A DNA stretch of 63,999 nt from Octopus sinensis. Its lineage: Eukaryota. The notes under the pieces were generated by a model. It was not told the origin of the DNA, ran no database searches, and worked only from the letters and a program-made list of their open reading frames with translations. The translations under genes were made by a program, and so were the position numbers. Shown one piece after another: positions 52,071-63,999 of this stretch. The stretch lies in assembly GCF_006345805.1 (NCBI RefSeq), contig NC_042998.1, forward strand, positions 112,964,002 to 113,028,000. The letters are read 5' to 3'. Position 1 is the first letter of the stretch. The number at the start of each line of letters is the position of its first letter.

Positions 52071-52332
52071 TTTTCCAATAATGTAAAGTTCTCAAATCAA
52101 TTAGTAACATCTTATAGAGTGTAAATATACCGATAAAGTTGTAGATGTGAGTTTCAGGAACTTGAAGCAAGATGCCAAGCAAACCAAGATTGAGTTCATA
52201 TATGCTTTCCAACAATGTAAAGTTCTCAAATTAATTAGTGACATCCCAGAGAAGGTAAATATACCGATAAAGTTGTGGATATGAATTTCAGGAAACATGA
52301 AGAAAGATGCCAGTCAGACCAAGATTAAGTTC
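52071..52332. repeat. Diverged tandem duplication, 2 x ~130 bp
   Basis: tttccaa.aatgtaaagttctcaaat.aattagt.acatc...gtaaatataccgataaagttgt...accaagatt.agttc occurs twice. Confidence 0.85.
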
Positions 52333-52434
52333 GCATCTAACTGTTGCAAGAAAATATTTCTTTAGTGGTAGGAATGGTAGTAGGGTAGGTTAAGGAAGCT
52401 GAATAGCTGGAGAAAAGAACAGAAGAAGAATGTG

Positions 52435-53675
<1,241 letters not shown>

Positions 53676-54148
53676 TCGCCTCAGAAATTTATTTAGCGCG
53701 CCAGAGCCAAGACATTTGAAATTTTATCACTAGTGTAATCGGTAAAGCTACACACGTGTCTGTACTGGCACGAATGCTGGGGTTAGCTTTTCCGTTTACA
53801 TTACTATGAACGGATGCACTGAAGAAGCACGGACATTTGGATTGCGTAAGTAATTCTCTTGTTAAGGCTGAAACCGAGGTATGCATTTAATTCTGTTTTT
53901 TATATAAATTTTCATCTGTCATGCCCGCCAAAGTTGGTTCTGGTGTTCGCTGTATTTTTCCTCTAGAGAATTTCCTTGTAGTTTGACCGTTGATGGTCTA
54001 TTTCTAGTATACGGCCGACTCCCTAGCAGTAAGCCCTGCCAATATACACATATATTAGAATTTTCTCTGACTTCTCAGATTTTTGTATGCTGGACTACTG
54101 GTTTTAAATTGATATTAAAATTAATATTAATTTATCTCCCTCATTATT

Positions 54149-54199
<51 letters not shown>

Positions 54200-55858
54200 G
54201 ATAACATTATATATATACACTAACATAACATTATATATGTATGTGTATGTGTGTATATATATATATATATGTATGTATGTTTGTATACGGATGACATCTT
54301 TCGGACATTATTGAAAACACGACTATATTCTAGTTTTATCAGTTTTATATTAGTTTTTTTTTCAATATTTTTTATGAGTCCTTACAGTTCTTTTGGACTA
54401 TTGAAGTTCCTAAATTTTTCATCAATGTTTCTAGACTTTCACAGTCTCGTCTCTAGCTTGTGAAGTGTTTTTGGTATGATTACCTCTTCTGTTGCTAGTA
54501 AATGTGGTTCTGGTGACACGCACTTTACCACCAACATTTGAAACTAGACTTATACATTGTCAGTCGCAGGTTTATTTTGTTTGTGACATGTGAATGTAAT
54601 CTGTATGTTTACCATAGCATTGTACTGTGTTTCCTGAGTAATGTATCCATCATAAATCGTACATTTTTGTAGGAAGTTCTTTATATCGCAGATGTGCAGC
54701 CATTAATATTTTCCTATTTAGCCTTATTTTGTATCCTGTGGAATAGTGTGTTGCAATTGCCCATTATTGCAAGTGCATTGTAAACCTACGAAAGAGAGCT
54801 ATACTAACAAGAATATTTAGATTCTTTTCCATAGATGAATTACTAGATAAGGAAATCTACAATATAAAAGCACTAATAATCAAATAACATTCTTATAGAC
54901 AGTAGGCAAAACACAGACGAATACAGATGCAAAAACAACGCAACAATTATATTAAGCATTACACACATTAATATTATACAAATCCCGCAAAACGTTATAT
55001 AAATCATAAGCATACAAACTACAAAACGAACGAAACGCCACCGAATACCTATCAAAAGATGGCATAAAGCACATCACACCAAAACATAAGCTAACACCAG
55101 TTCTACACCACAAAATTATTAAAATCAAAAACTTCGTTATCACCAAAAAAAGCACAAGCATGGAAAACCGAGAACAAGCTACAAACCATGTGATTCACAT
55201 ATTCAGTTAAAAAAATAAAAGTGATAAGCTTCACGAACTTGTTATATTAACCATACATGTACAACATCCTCCTGGTGGCTTACCATGCACTTACAAAGAA
55301 CAATTGCGACACAGTATACCACACAGCACAAAACAAAGTTAAACAGGAAAGCATTAGTGGGCAATACATTCATGTTATATATAATTCACTGTTAAAGTAA
55401 ATGATAAATGATAAAGCATCTCTCATAAATCAGTACATTGTTGAAATAAGCACGCGGAAAACATACATTGCGAATAAAATAAGCAGGGGACTAATGTCAC
55501 ACAAATCTAACGTGCAATATTCAAATTCTGATGGATAATTCTACAGAAATCAGTTTTGGCAATTATAAAAGCGCTGATTACATTCGCCAACAATACATCA
55601 CATCTTGATGAAAAAACTGAAACTCTAGAAATGTTATTAATGGATTTAAGAATTTTATTGTTCCAAACACCAAAATTTTAATAAAAAAAGATAAAACTAA
55701 AACCTAGTTTTGTTTTCAATGCAACACAAACAGACATACACAGAAACACGCACAAGAGCACACACACACGCACAAATAAACGCGCGCACACACACACACG
55801 TTTGTATGTAAGTATGTATGGGTGTATGTAGTTATGTATGTATGTATGTATGTACGTA

Positions 55859-55900
<42 letters not shown>

Positions 55901-56438
55901 CACATATCTACTATGATTTTCGTGTCCCACGTGTACGGACAGTAATAGCTAGTAAGTTTTAAGCTTATAAAATATTAATATACATGTACATATAATGTGT
56001 GAATGTGTGTGTATATACATATATATGTATGTATGCATGTATGTAATGTTTTGCTCTCTTTCTACTAACTCTGTGTTCATTTCCTGATAAGGGTCATCCT
56101 TACTTTTCGTCCTTTCGAGATCGATAACTAGAGTACCAGTCTAGGACAGTGGATCGGCGTAAATCTTAGTGTGTCTAATAGGATGCCTGTGGTACTTGTT
56201 TCAGCTGTTTGCGTTCTGGCGGCAAGGTCTGAAACGACAGATGTTCCTTGCTAGATCAGCCTTGTTTTTCCCTTGGCCATGGGTGACGAGAGGAAAAGAA
56301 GCTTGTATGTATGGGCAACTGCTAGTTTTCTACAGAAGAAAAATATAACTAGGTCCTTCGCTTTGAAGAATTATTTTTTAGATGCTGACAGTCAGACCCC
56401 CTATAACAGACAACAATGAACATTGAAATATGTGCGTG

Positions 56439-56486
<48 letters not shown>

Positions 56487-56667
56487 CGACAAGAAATAAT
56501 TTTTACCTCTTTTTATGGAGACAAAAGGGTTTATAACACTGAAAAAAAGAAGTGCTCAAATGTAATTGAGACAGAGACAAAAAAAATCATTGATTAGAGA
56601 ACAAACATCAAATTCGAGTCAACAACTTTATATAATGCCATACACCTTACATTTGGCCATATATAAC

Positions 56668-57595
56668 TATTACCATGGCCTTTACTATATAAAGAATACA
56701 TATATAAAAAAACACAGAAGGTAAAAAAATATATATGCGAATAAAAATACTAGTATGCTACATCATCAATTTTTCTTTTAATTTCATACTTGGTCATACA
56801 GTAGAATTATTTGGTTACAATGACCGATACTTGTTTCTGCTGCACAGTATGTGCGGTTACACATGCGACTCTGGATAATCTTCCGTGCACCTTCATTCAG
56901 GGTTCTTCGACAAGCGTGTTTTCTTTGCCGTATATAAGAGACCCGCTTAAAAGCCACACTCCATGTGAACTTATAAGCCAGCTCCAGTATGGAGGGCTAA
57001 TTGGGCCTGCGGTCCAAAATTAAAGAGAGCAATAATAATAACACATTTATTGGTACCCTACCATCTCATATTTATATCACAGAGTATCACATTTGGAGAA
57101 TTTTGTATCACTGTGACATTTGGAGATCACTGTAAAGCAGTAAGATAAACAACATTCTTGGTTTTACCATTTTGAGTGACGAGCAATTGGTTGAGATTCC
57201 TGTTCATCCCGATGAGGGGGTCATTGCCGAGATGCACCTTAACTCGTAATCGAACCGCGGCAGTGAACTCCCGAAATGGCCATAGATGTCTTTCACTTGA
57301 TTTTGTGGAACTCTGTTACGCTCCTGTACTCCAACCTACCTTGGTTTTTTGAATTGAACATTTTTGACATATTTTTTTTATTTGAGGGGAGTAAGAAAAT
57401 CTTTTTAGTCGATTAATATTTTATTTTGTTTAGATTTTTAGTCGCATGACACGCTTTAGAATTTTTAGTCGATTGTATATACTTTCTTGATAGGCCTTTC
57501 TATATATTTGTATTTTTATTCGCATATATATTTTTTACATTCTGTGTTTTTTTATATATATGTATTCTTTATATGTTAAAGGCCATAGTAATATT
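56668..57595. mobile_element. Composite: inverted ~85-bp arms enclosing a Helitron-end duplicate and a hammerhead-bearing pLTR-like segment
   Basis: 56668-56750 is inverted at 57510-57593; 56755-57180 duplicates 59345-59745. Confidence 0.75.
57205..57288 (+). ncRNA. Type I hammerhead ribozyme motif with long stem II
   Basis: catc-CCGATGA-gggggtcattgccg...cggcagtgaactccc-GAAA-tggcca-TA-gatg: palindromic loop III; single core change U4C. Confidence 0.75.
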
Positions 57596-57674
57596 TATAC
57601 ATGATCAAATGTATGGAAGTGTGGTGTTATATAAAGTCGTCGACTCGAATTTGATGTTTGTTCTCTAATCAACG

Positions 57675-57766
<92 letters not shown>

Positions 57767-57927
57767 TATATTCTGTTAAGAATGTAGTAGAGTACAGTAT
57801 AAAGCTGGTCCACCTTCAGATTTCACCCTCTGCTGTCCAGTAGTAGTATTATACGTACTTCCAAGTTTGCGTTTGGGCTTCTGTCGTGTGTGAATAGATA
57901 ATTTTAAAATTTGGAGTTCACAAGAAG

Positions 57928-58073
57928 GAGTACAGTTGGACATTTATTTTTAATCACGACAATTGTTTCTACGCAATGTAGTTCTCTAGGCGTGCACGCA
58001 CTTGATTATGCCTGGAGAACTACATTGCGTAGAAACAATTGTAGTGATTGAAAATAAATGTCCAACCGTACTC
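57928..58073. repeat. Long palindrome (~65-bp arms)
   Basis: gagtacagttggacatttattttt...gcaatgtagttctctaggc / gcctggagaactacattgc...aaaataaatgtccaaccgtactc. Confidence 0.93.
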
Positions 58074-58149
58074 TTTATTGACTCAATATTTTTTCAATTA
58101 CACCCCCACACACACGAACGCATACACACACACATATGTATATATATTC

Positions 58150-58393
58150 ATATATGATGTACTCTGCCGTCGAAGACGTCGCATTAGCGTTCAGCTTTTG
58201 TCGTTCGACGTTGTCTGAACGGGTACACTGTGTGCCAAGCGTCAGGTATGGAAGTAATCGCAGATGAAGTGATCGCAGATCGAGATGAAGTGTTTTTGCT
58301 CAAGAACAAAACGCACGACTCCGTCTAGGAATTGAAATCACGGTCTGGCAGTCGTGAGCGTAACACTATAGCCACTAGATCATGCGCCTTCAC
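58150..58393 (-). mobile_element. tRNA-derived SINE (third family)
   Basis: Reverse complement begins gtgaaggcgcatgatctagtggctatag...gatttcaattcc (A/B-box-like) then ttcttgagcaaaaacactt. Confidence 0.65.
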
Positions 58394-59078
58394 TTATGCA
58401 TTATTCATGCATAAGAATATAGATATTTATAGATTTACAGAACAGATTCATATAGAGTACAAAAGAGTCACAAAACCAAGGAATGAATGTATGGTAGTTC
58501 AGGTCCAACACCTGTTTCTAGGAGCTTGTAATTACGTGATAGTTGAAATGTTAGCAGATGGAGTGTGCAAAAAGTCAAGAATATGTAACCAGTAATGAAG
58601 GCATTTAAAGATTGCCGTAAATCCGGCTGCCGTCTTCAGGGTGGAGAGATTGGCATCTAACGTTTCAGATCATAATACAGAGAATTTAAGGGTACGAGTG
58701 AAGAAGAAGGCAAATAAAATCAGGTGGAAAGAGGAAGTAACGATCGAAGGAGAGCTGGAGGAAGTAAGTGGTTCAGGGAGAAGGGGAACGTTAAAGTAAC
58801 GGAAGGGCAAGGAGAGATAGGAAAGGCACAGCTGAGAGAGAGAGAGGGGGGCGTGAGTGACTAGGCGATTGAGAGAAGTAAAGTTGAGCATTACGACGTG
58901 TTTTCTACATTGGGCGTCTCTGGATCTATATATATAGATATATATGAGAGTGTATGTATGTATGCTTATATATGTATGTGTGTGTATGTTTGTGTGTCTA
59001 AATATATACGCATACATACATGCACATATATAAATATATACATAAATGCATTTATAAATACATATTTACCCACATACG

Positions 59079-59134
<56 letters not shown>

Positions 59135-59344
59135 ATGTAAGTGTATAGGAATAAAATTATCCAAGCGATTACTGTGGTAGCTCCGAGGTGTATTCAAGGT
59201 TATGGCTAACTGCATCATGTAGTGATAATCATCAATGATGGCTGAGTATTCGCAATCACGCTGTAATTATTCTGACGAATTTGCTCCTCTGGATTATGAA
59301 TATTATCGGGGATGTAGATTTCAAAAATTATCAAAAATGCAAAT

Positions 59345-61223
59345 ATACTACGTATCAATTTTTATTTTAATTTTATACTTGGTCATACAGTAGAATTACT
59401 TGTTTGCAATGACCGATACTTGTTTCTGCGGTTGCATATATGACTCTGGATAATCTTCCGTGCACCTTCATTCAGGGTTCTTCAACAAGCGTGTTTTCAT
59501 TGCCACATGTGGACTTATAAGCCACTCCATGTGAACTTATAAGCCAGCTCCTGTAAAGGGCTAATTGGGCCTGCGGTCCAAAATTAAGGAGAGCAATAAT
59601 AATAACACATTTATTGGTACCCTACTATCTCATATTTATATCACAGAGTATCACATTTGGAGAATTTTGTATCACTGTGACATTTGGAGATCGCTGTAAA
59701 GCAGTAAGATAAACAACATTCTTGGTTTTACCACTTGGAGTGAGTATGAACAGGTTGTTGCCATTTCCAACTTTGAAGCAAACAACATAGAGCTGACCAT
59801 GCGAAAAGCATTGTTGCATGAGGTGAAGTCCAACAATTTTCAGTGGTTGTCCTTGACTTTTGTTAATTGACATTGCAAAACTAACTCTTACTGAAAATTG
59901 AAGCCTCTCGAATTCAAAGGATATGTCTGCTGGAATCAGTGAAATTCTTGGAATAAACACATTTTTTTCCCTTTCCTTGTCCAGTGAGAATTGATGCTTC
60001 CAAAATATATGGATGCATTTGTCTGACACTCAGTTTTGCTCCGTTGCACAGCCTTCTAGATTTCTCAAAAGCATGATTGAAATTCCTTTCCTCAATGTCA
60101 GTTTGTGAGAAGGCATTCCAGGAGGAGCCAAAGAGTCAAGGAACCCACTAAGATAATTCACAGCCACATTGGAGTCCATAACTGTATCAATTGAGAATTT
60201 TTTTTTCTTCGGTATTGATTGACTGCATAAGTTTCCAATTGACAACTTAGACAGTTTCATTCTTTGGTGTGTGCAAGTAAGGCGGCGAACTGGTAGAAAC
60301 GTTAGCACGCCGGGCGAAACGCTTAGCGGTATTTCGTCTGTCTTTACATTCTGATTTCAAATTCCGCCGAGGTCGACTTTGCCTTTCATCCTTTCGGGGT
60401 CGATAAATTAAGTATCAGTTGCGTACTGGGGTCGATCTAATCGAATGGCTCCCTCCCCAAAAATTTCGGGCATTGTGCCTAGAGTAGAAAAGATTCTTTG
60501 GTGCAAGTAGGGCTCTTTCACCAAGCCAATCCTGATCTTGAAAATTATGTCCAATGTTTCGGTAAATCCTGGTAATCAACTCTTCTACAGTTTTAACCAA
60601 AATGTCACTGTCATTTCGAAAAGTGATGTCTCTATTACTGTTTTGCTTGAATGCTTCCATTTCCCAGATTCATTAGCTGAGCTGAAAATCTTCCATCATC
60701 CAAATCTGCGAATAAACTAACTCCATCGATAGTTCGATCCAGCCGGAAATCCGACTAGGCCGAAAGTTTGACTTGGGCGGACGACCGATGTGGGCCGAAA
60801 GTTCGAGTTCTTCAATATTTCCTTCCGAGCATTTCACTTCACAAACTCTGCAGAACTTCGAAACTTCACGAACATGAAATCTCTCACTCTAACTTGGATC
60901 TAGTTTTAATTGAACTGAATTGAAAATATTTTTTTTCATTCACAGTTTTGCTATTACTTTAAATTCAGTTTAAATGAAAACTTGTAAGTTCACAAATTTT
61001 GGGAGTTCTTTTGAAATTTGGATGTTCATCTCTTAGCATATAACAAATCCTCATCCAGACCTGATCCCAATGCTGGATGTTCAAGAACCAAATGAAGGAC
61101 ATATTTTCAATCCTGGGATCATCTGATTCCAAAATGGTATAATATGTCTATGTAGAGCAAATGTAGATTGAGATACAAGGGTCCTCGACAGACAGACGGA
61201 ATTGCACGTTTATTATAATAGGT
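59345..61223 (-). mobile_element. Helitron with decayed Pif1-family helicase fragment
   Basis: ERALLAPKN, PPGMPSHKL.L..G..IMLLRNL, IPRI...FERLQF...FAMSINKSQGQ and FSHGQLYV; 5' end ctattataataaa...tccgtctgtctgtc near 61223. Confidence 0.88.
60279..60495 (+). mobile_element. Young Nin-core SINE inserted in the Helitron helicase
   Basis: Intact head and core; flanked by TSD-like attctttggt(gtgt)gcaagta on both sides. Confidence 0.9.
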
Positions 61224-61499
61224 GAGGGCATCAACGCCAGGTTGATAGCACTTATTATAGCGTAATAGAATAATTGCTAATCATTTCATATGTTTATGTG
61301 GCAATTACGTAACTCACTCATCAGGTGCACAAACTATCGATGACCGTTTTGAATGGAAACGAAAATATATAGAACTGATTGTATTGTGAATATATTGTGA
61401 GATGGCGCTGATGAGTGAATGAAGCAATTATGACGTAATATCCCACGAAACGATTCTTATACATACACAAACACACACACACAAACACACAAACACACA

Positions 61500-61713
61500 C
61501 ATGCATACATACACATACATACATACATACATACATACATACATACATACATACATACATACATACATACATACATACATGCATGCATACATACATACAT
61601 ACATACATACATACATACATACATACATGCATGCATACATACATACATACATACATACATACATACATACATACATACATACATACATACATACATACAT
61701 ACATACATACATA
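61500..61713. repeat. (CATA)n microsatellite
   Basis: Directly visible. Confidence 0.97.
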
Positions 61714-61730
61714 CGGCCACTAAGTTAAAA

Positions 61731-62080
61731 CACAACCGACCAGATATTTTTGTGGGACGACAATGGAAGGATGTGTTATGTTGTGGAAATCAACAGTCCT
61801 GTGGTCACCTTTGTGGTTAGAGAAAACATGAGGTTAGAGAAAGCATAAAAACATGACATTTATGGACAATTGATGAGGTGTTTAGTAATCCAATACCCAT
61901 GGTACACTTTCAGCTTTTCATCTATTATTATTGGAGCAAAATAATTCTTACCAACCCGTCTGGAGCAAAGTATGGCTGAACTTGGGTTCTTGGGAAGAGA
62001 ACCTAAATCCTAAACTCATATACTTCAAATGATCACGATCCCTAGGACAATAAAAATTTGCAAGACCTTAAAATTTAAAG
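61731..62080 (+). mobile_element. RLE-type LINE 3' fragment
   Basis: HNRPDI...C(Y)VVEI..P and IIIGA motifs. Confidence 0.6.
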
Positions 62081-62214
62081 GATGATGAAAAACAACAAGA
62101 GCTTTTCTTCACAATCTTGCTATTAAGCAGGTGGCCAGTCAAAATGTATTCTAAATTAAGAAGAGAAAGAGAACATACAAGCATAAAATATATAGAGACA
62201 TGAGAAAGTTGTCA

Positions 62215-62897
62215 TGGTGATGCCTGCCCAGTGGCCTATGCAGTGTTGCAGAAACTTTATGGAGAGGAGTGTATGAGCCTCACGCAAGCGTACGAGTGTT
62301 TCAGACGTTTCCAAGATGGCCGAAAATCTGTCGATATTGATGAACATTCTAGGAGTCCCGCAACCAGCAGAACTGGGAAGAATATCGCAGATGTGCGTGC
62401 ATGTGTTAGGAGAAATCGTCGAATCACCATCCGTGAGTTATTAGAGGATGTGCAAATTAGTTATGGTTCAGTTCAATCCATTATCACTTAAGATATGGGT
62501 ATGAAACGCATGTCTACCAAGTTTGTGCCAAAACAGCTTTCAGCTGACCAAAAGGACACTCGGGTTTCTGTTGCACAAGATCTCCTTGATCGTGTCGAAA
62601 ACGATGGAAATTTTTGAAAACTTTGCGTAGGCGTCTGAACAGGCATCGTCAAGCTTTTGACAAAATTTGATGCCGATTCTCTGCTCACCTTATTCTTTCA
62701 TGGTCAATGAGACGATAACACGCTATACACGTTCCTTCCAATCACTGTTGTAAACAGCAGAAGTGGACTAGAGCGTTAAAACTTAGTGCGCATGCACAGC
62801 AGAGATCACGGTCAATTTGTACCAAGCGGCTTTACTCTGCGTGCTTTACCTTCGTTACTATAGCAGCAGTCCGGCGACTTATTGATCAGACGACGTA
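62215..62897 (+). mobile_element. Truncated mariner (HTH region + right end)
   Basis: LYGEECMS...F.RFQDGR.S..D..SRSP, NRRITIREL and KFVPK; ends gtccggcgacttattgatcagacgacg|ta. Confidence 0.8.
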
Positions 62898-63048
62898 TGT
62901 ATAAACATCGGTCGCACAATCATAGTGTACGTGTTTTGTTTATACACCCATTCGCTGCAGTAAAGTGGATGAATACAACACATACTGTATGTATGTGCAA
63001 CCGATAATGTTTACATTCTTAGAGTGGCTTTTAATTCGAAATTTAATA

Positions 63049-63124
<76 letters not shown>

Positions 63125-63959
63125 TGCCTGTGTTTTCATTTCTGTTCTTCTTTTCTGCTTCTTTTCTGTTTTCTCAGTCTTATCTATTCTCTTTCTCCCT
63201 CTCTTTCTTTCTTTCTCTTACTCTTCCTCCCGCTCCCCTTGCTTCACATTTTATATCTGAAAATTAAAAGGTTTCATGATAAAGTTCTCAATGAATATAT
63301 TCAAGAATTGTTTAAATGAAAATATATAGTTATGGTGCAGTAAAGATACAAGCTGCAGAATTTTGTTTATGAATTCTACAGTTTAGAGATTCATGCAAGA
63401 ACATGCAGCTTCTTAAATCAAGACATACACAAGCGCCTAAAGCAAATATATACAAATACTCTATGAACACACATTCATACAAACATGCTAGGTTTCTCAT
63501 GCGCGCATACATTCGGGTATGCATTATCTTGTACACGTGTGCAAACAAATTAAAAGCACTCACATGCACAAGTCCGCGCAAACATGAGAATATGTCTACA
63601 TGGCAGTTCGCATTAATGAAAAAACATACGAATACAGAATAGCTCACACAAACTAAAGAGGGATCCTCTGTGTGTTGGCTTTCACAAACTAGAAATAACA
63701 GCCAAATTTCTCTGAAACCACATATTACCGTGTTACAGAAAAGAAGGGCATATTGAATGATATTGTTCCAGATATAGAAAATGTCGAGATGGTTATGATT
63801 AGAATGCTCTTGATTATAGGTGATCATGATCAGACTAGCCTGGAATTAAACAAGAATGACTGCATATAAATTTTGTCACACGTATATAAGCCGTGTATAC
63901 AAATGCAAAGCGGCGCACACGCGTTAACCACAGCTTACAGAAATAGAGCGTGCGTGCGT

Positions 63960-63999
<40 letters not shown>

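Noticed and set aside
58595-58645. Minus-strand CTGAAGA hammerhead candidate
   Set aside because: No GAAA, stem III or stem I closure found.
59625-60660. Host PIF1 helicase gene
   Set aside because: Fragmented, interrupted by a SINE and within Helitron-like ends.

Overview
Eukaryotic, very AT-rich, repeat-saturated genomic DNA. The SINE, RTE and Penelope families and the giant (TA)n/(CA)n tracts suggest a coleoid cephalopod (Octopus-like); this is an inference. Host coding content: the first two coding exons of a + strand testis-specific Ser/Thr kinase (TSSK-like) gene (exon 1 29400-29595, 13.8-kb phase-1 intron, exon 2 43396-43697; later exons not found in the window), and an intact, intronless 351-aa orphan ORF (17171-18226, - strand) with a death-fold-like N-terminal half. 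Most of the rest is decayed mobile DNA: CR1-like, RTE, R4/Dong-type and Penelope retroelements, tRNA-derived SINEs, mariner/Tc1, hAT, Helitrons and MITEs. Most notable signals: the orphan death-fold ORF; a PHD finger inserted inside the RT domain of the RTE LINE; several minimal type-I hammerhead ribozyme motifs, some with variant cores; GGATC-ended MITE/foldback elements carrying telomere-like repeats; and nested long hairpins inside the TSSK introns. All calls were made by eye, and repeat boundaries are approximate unless a terminus is quoted.
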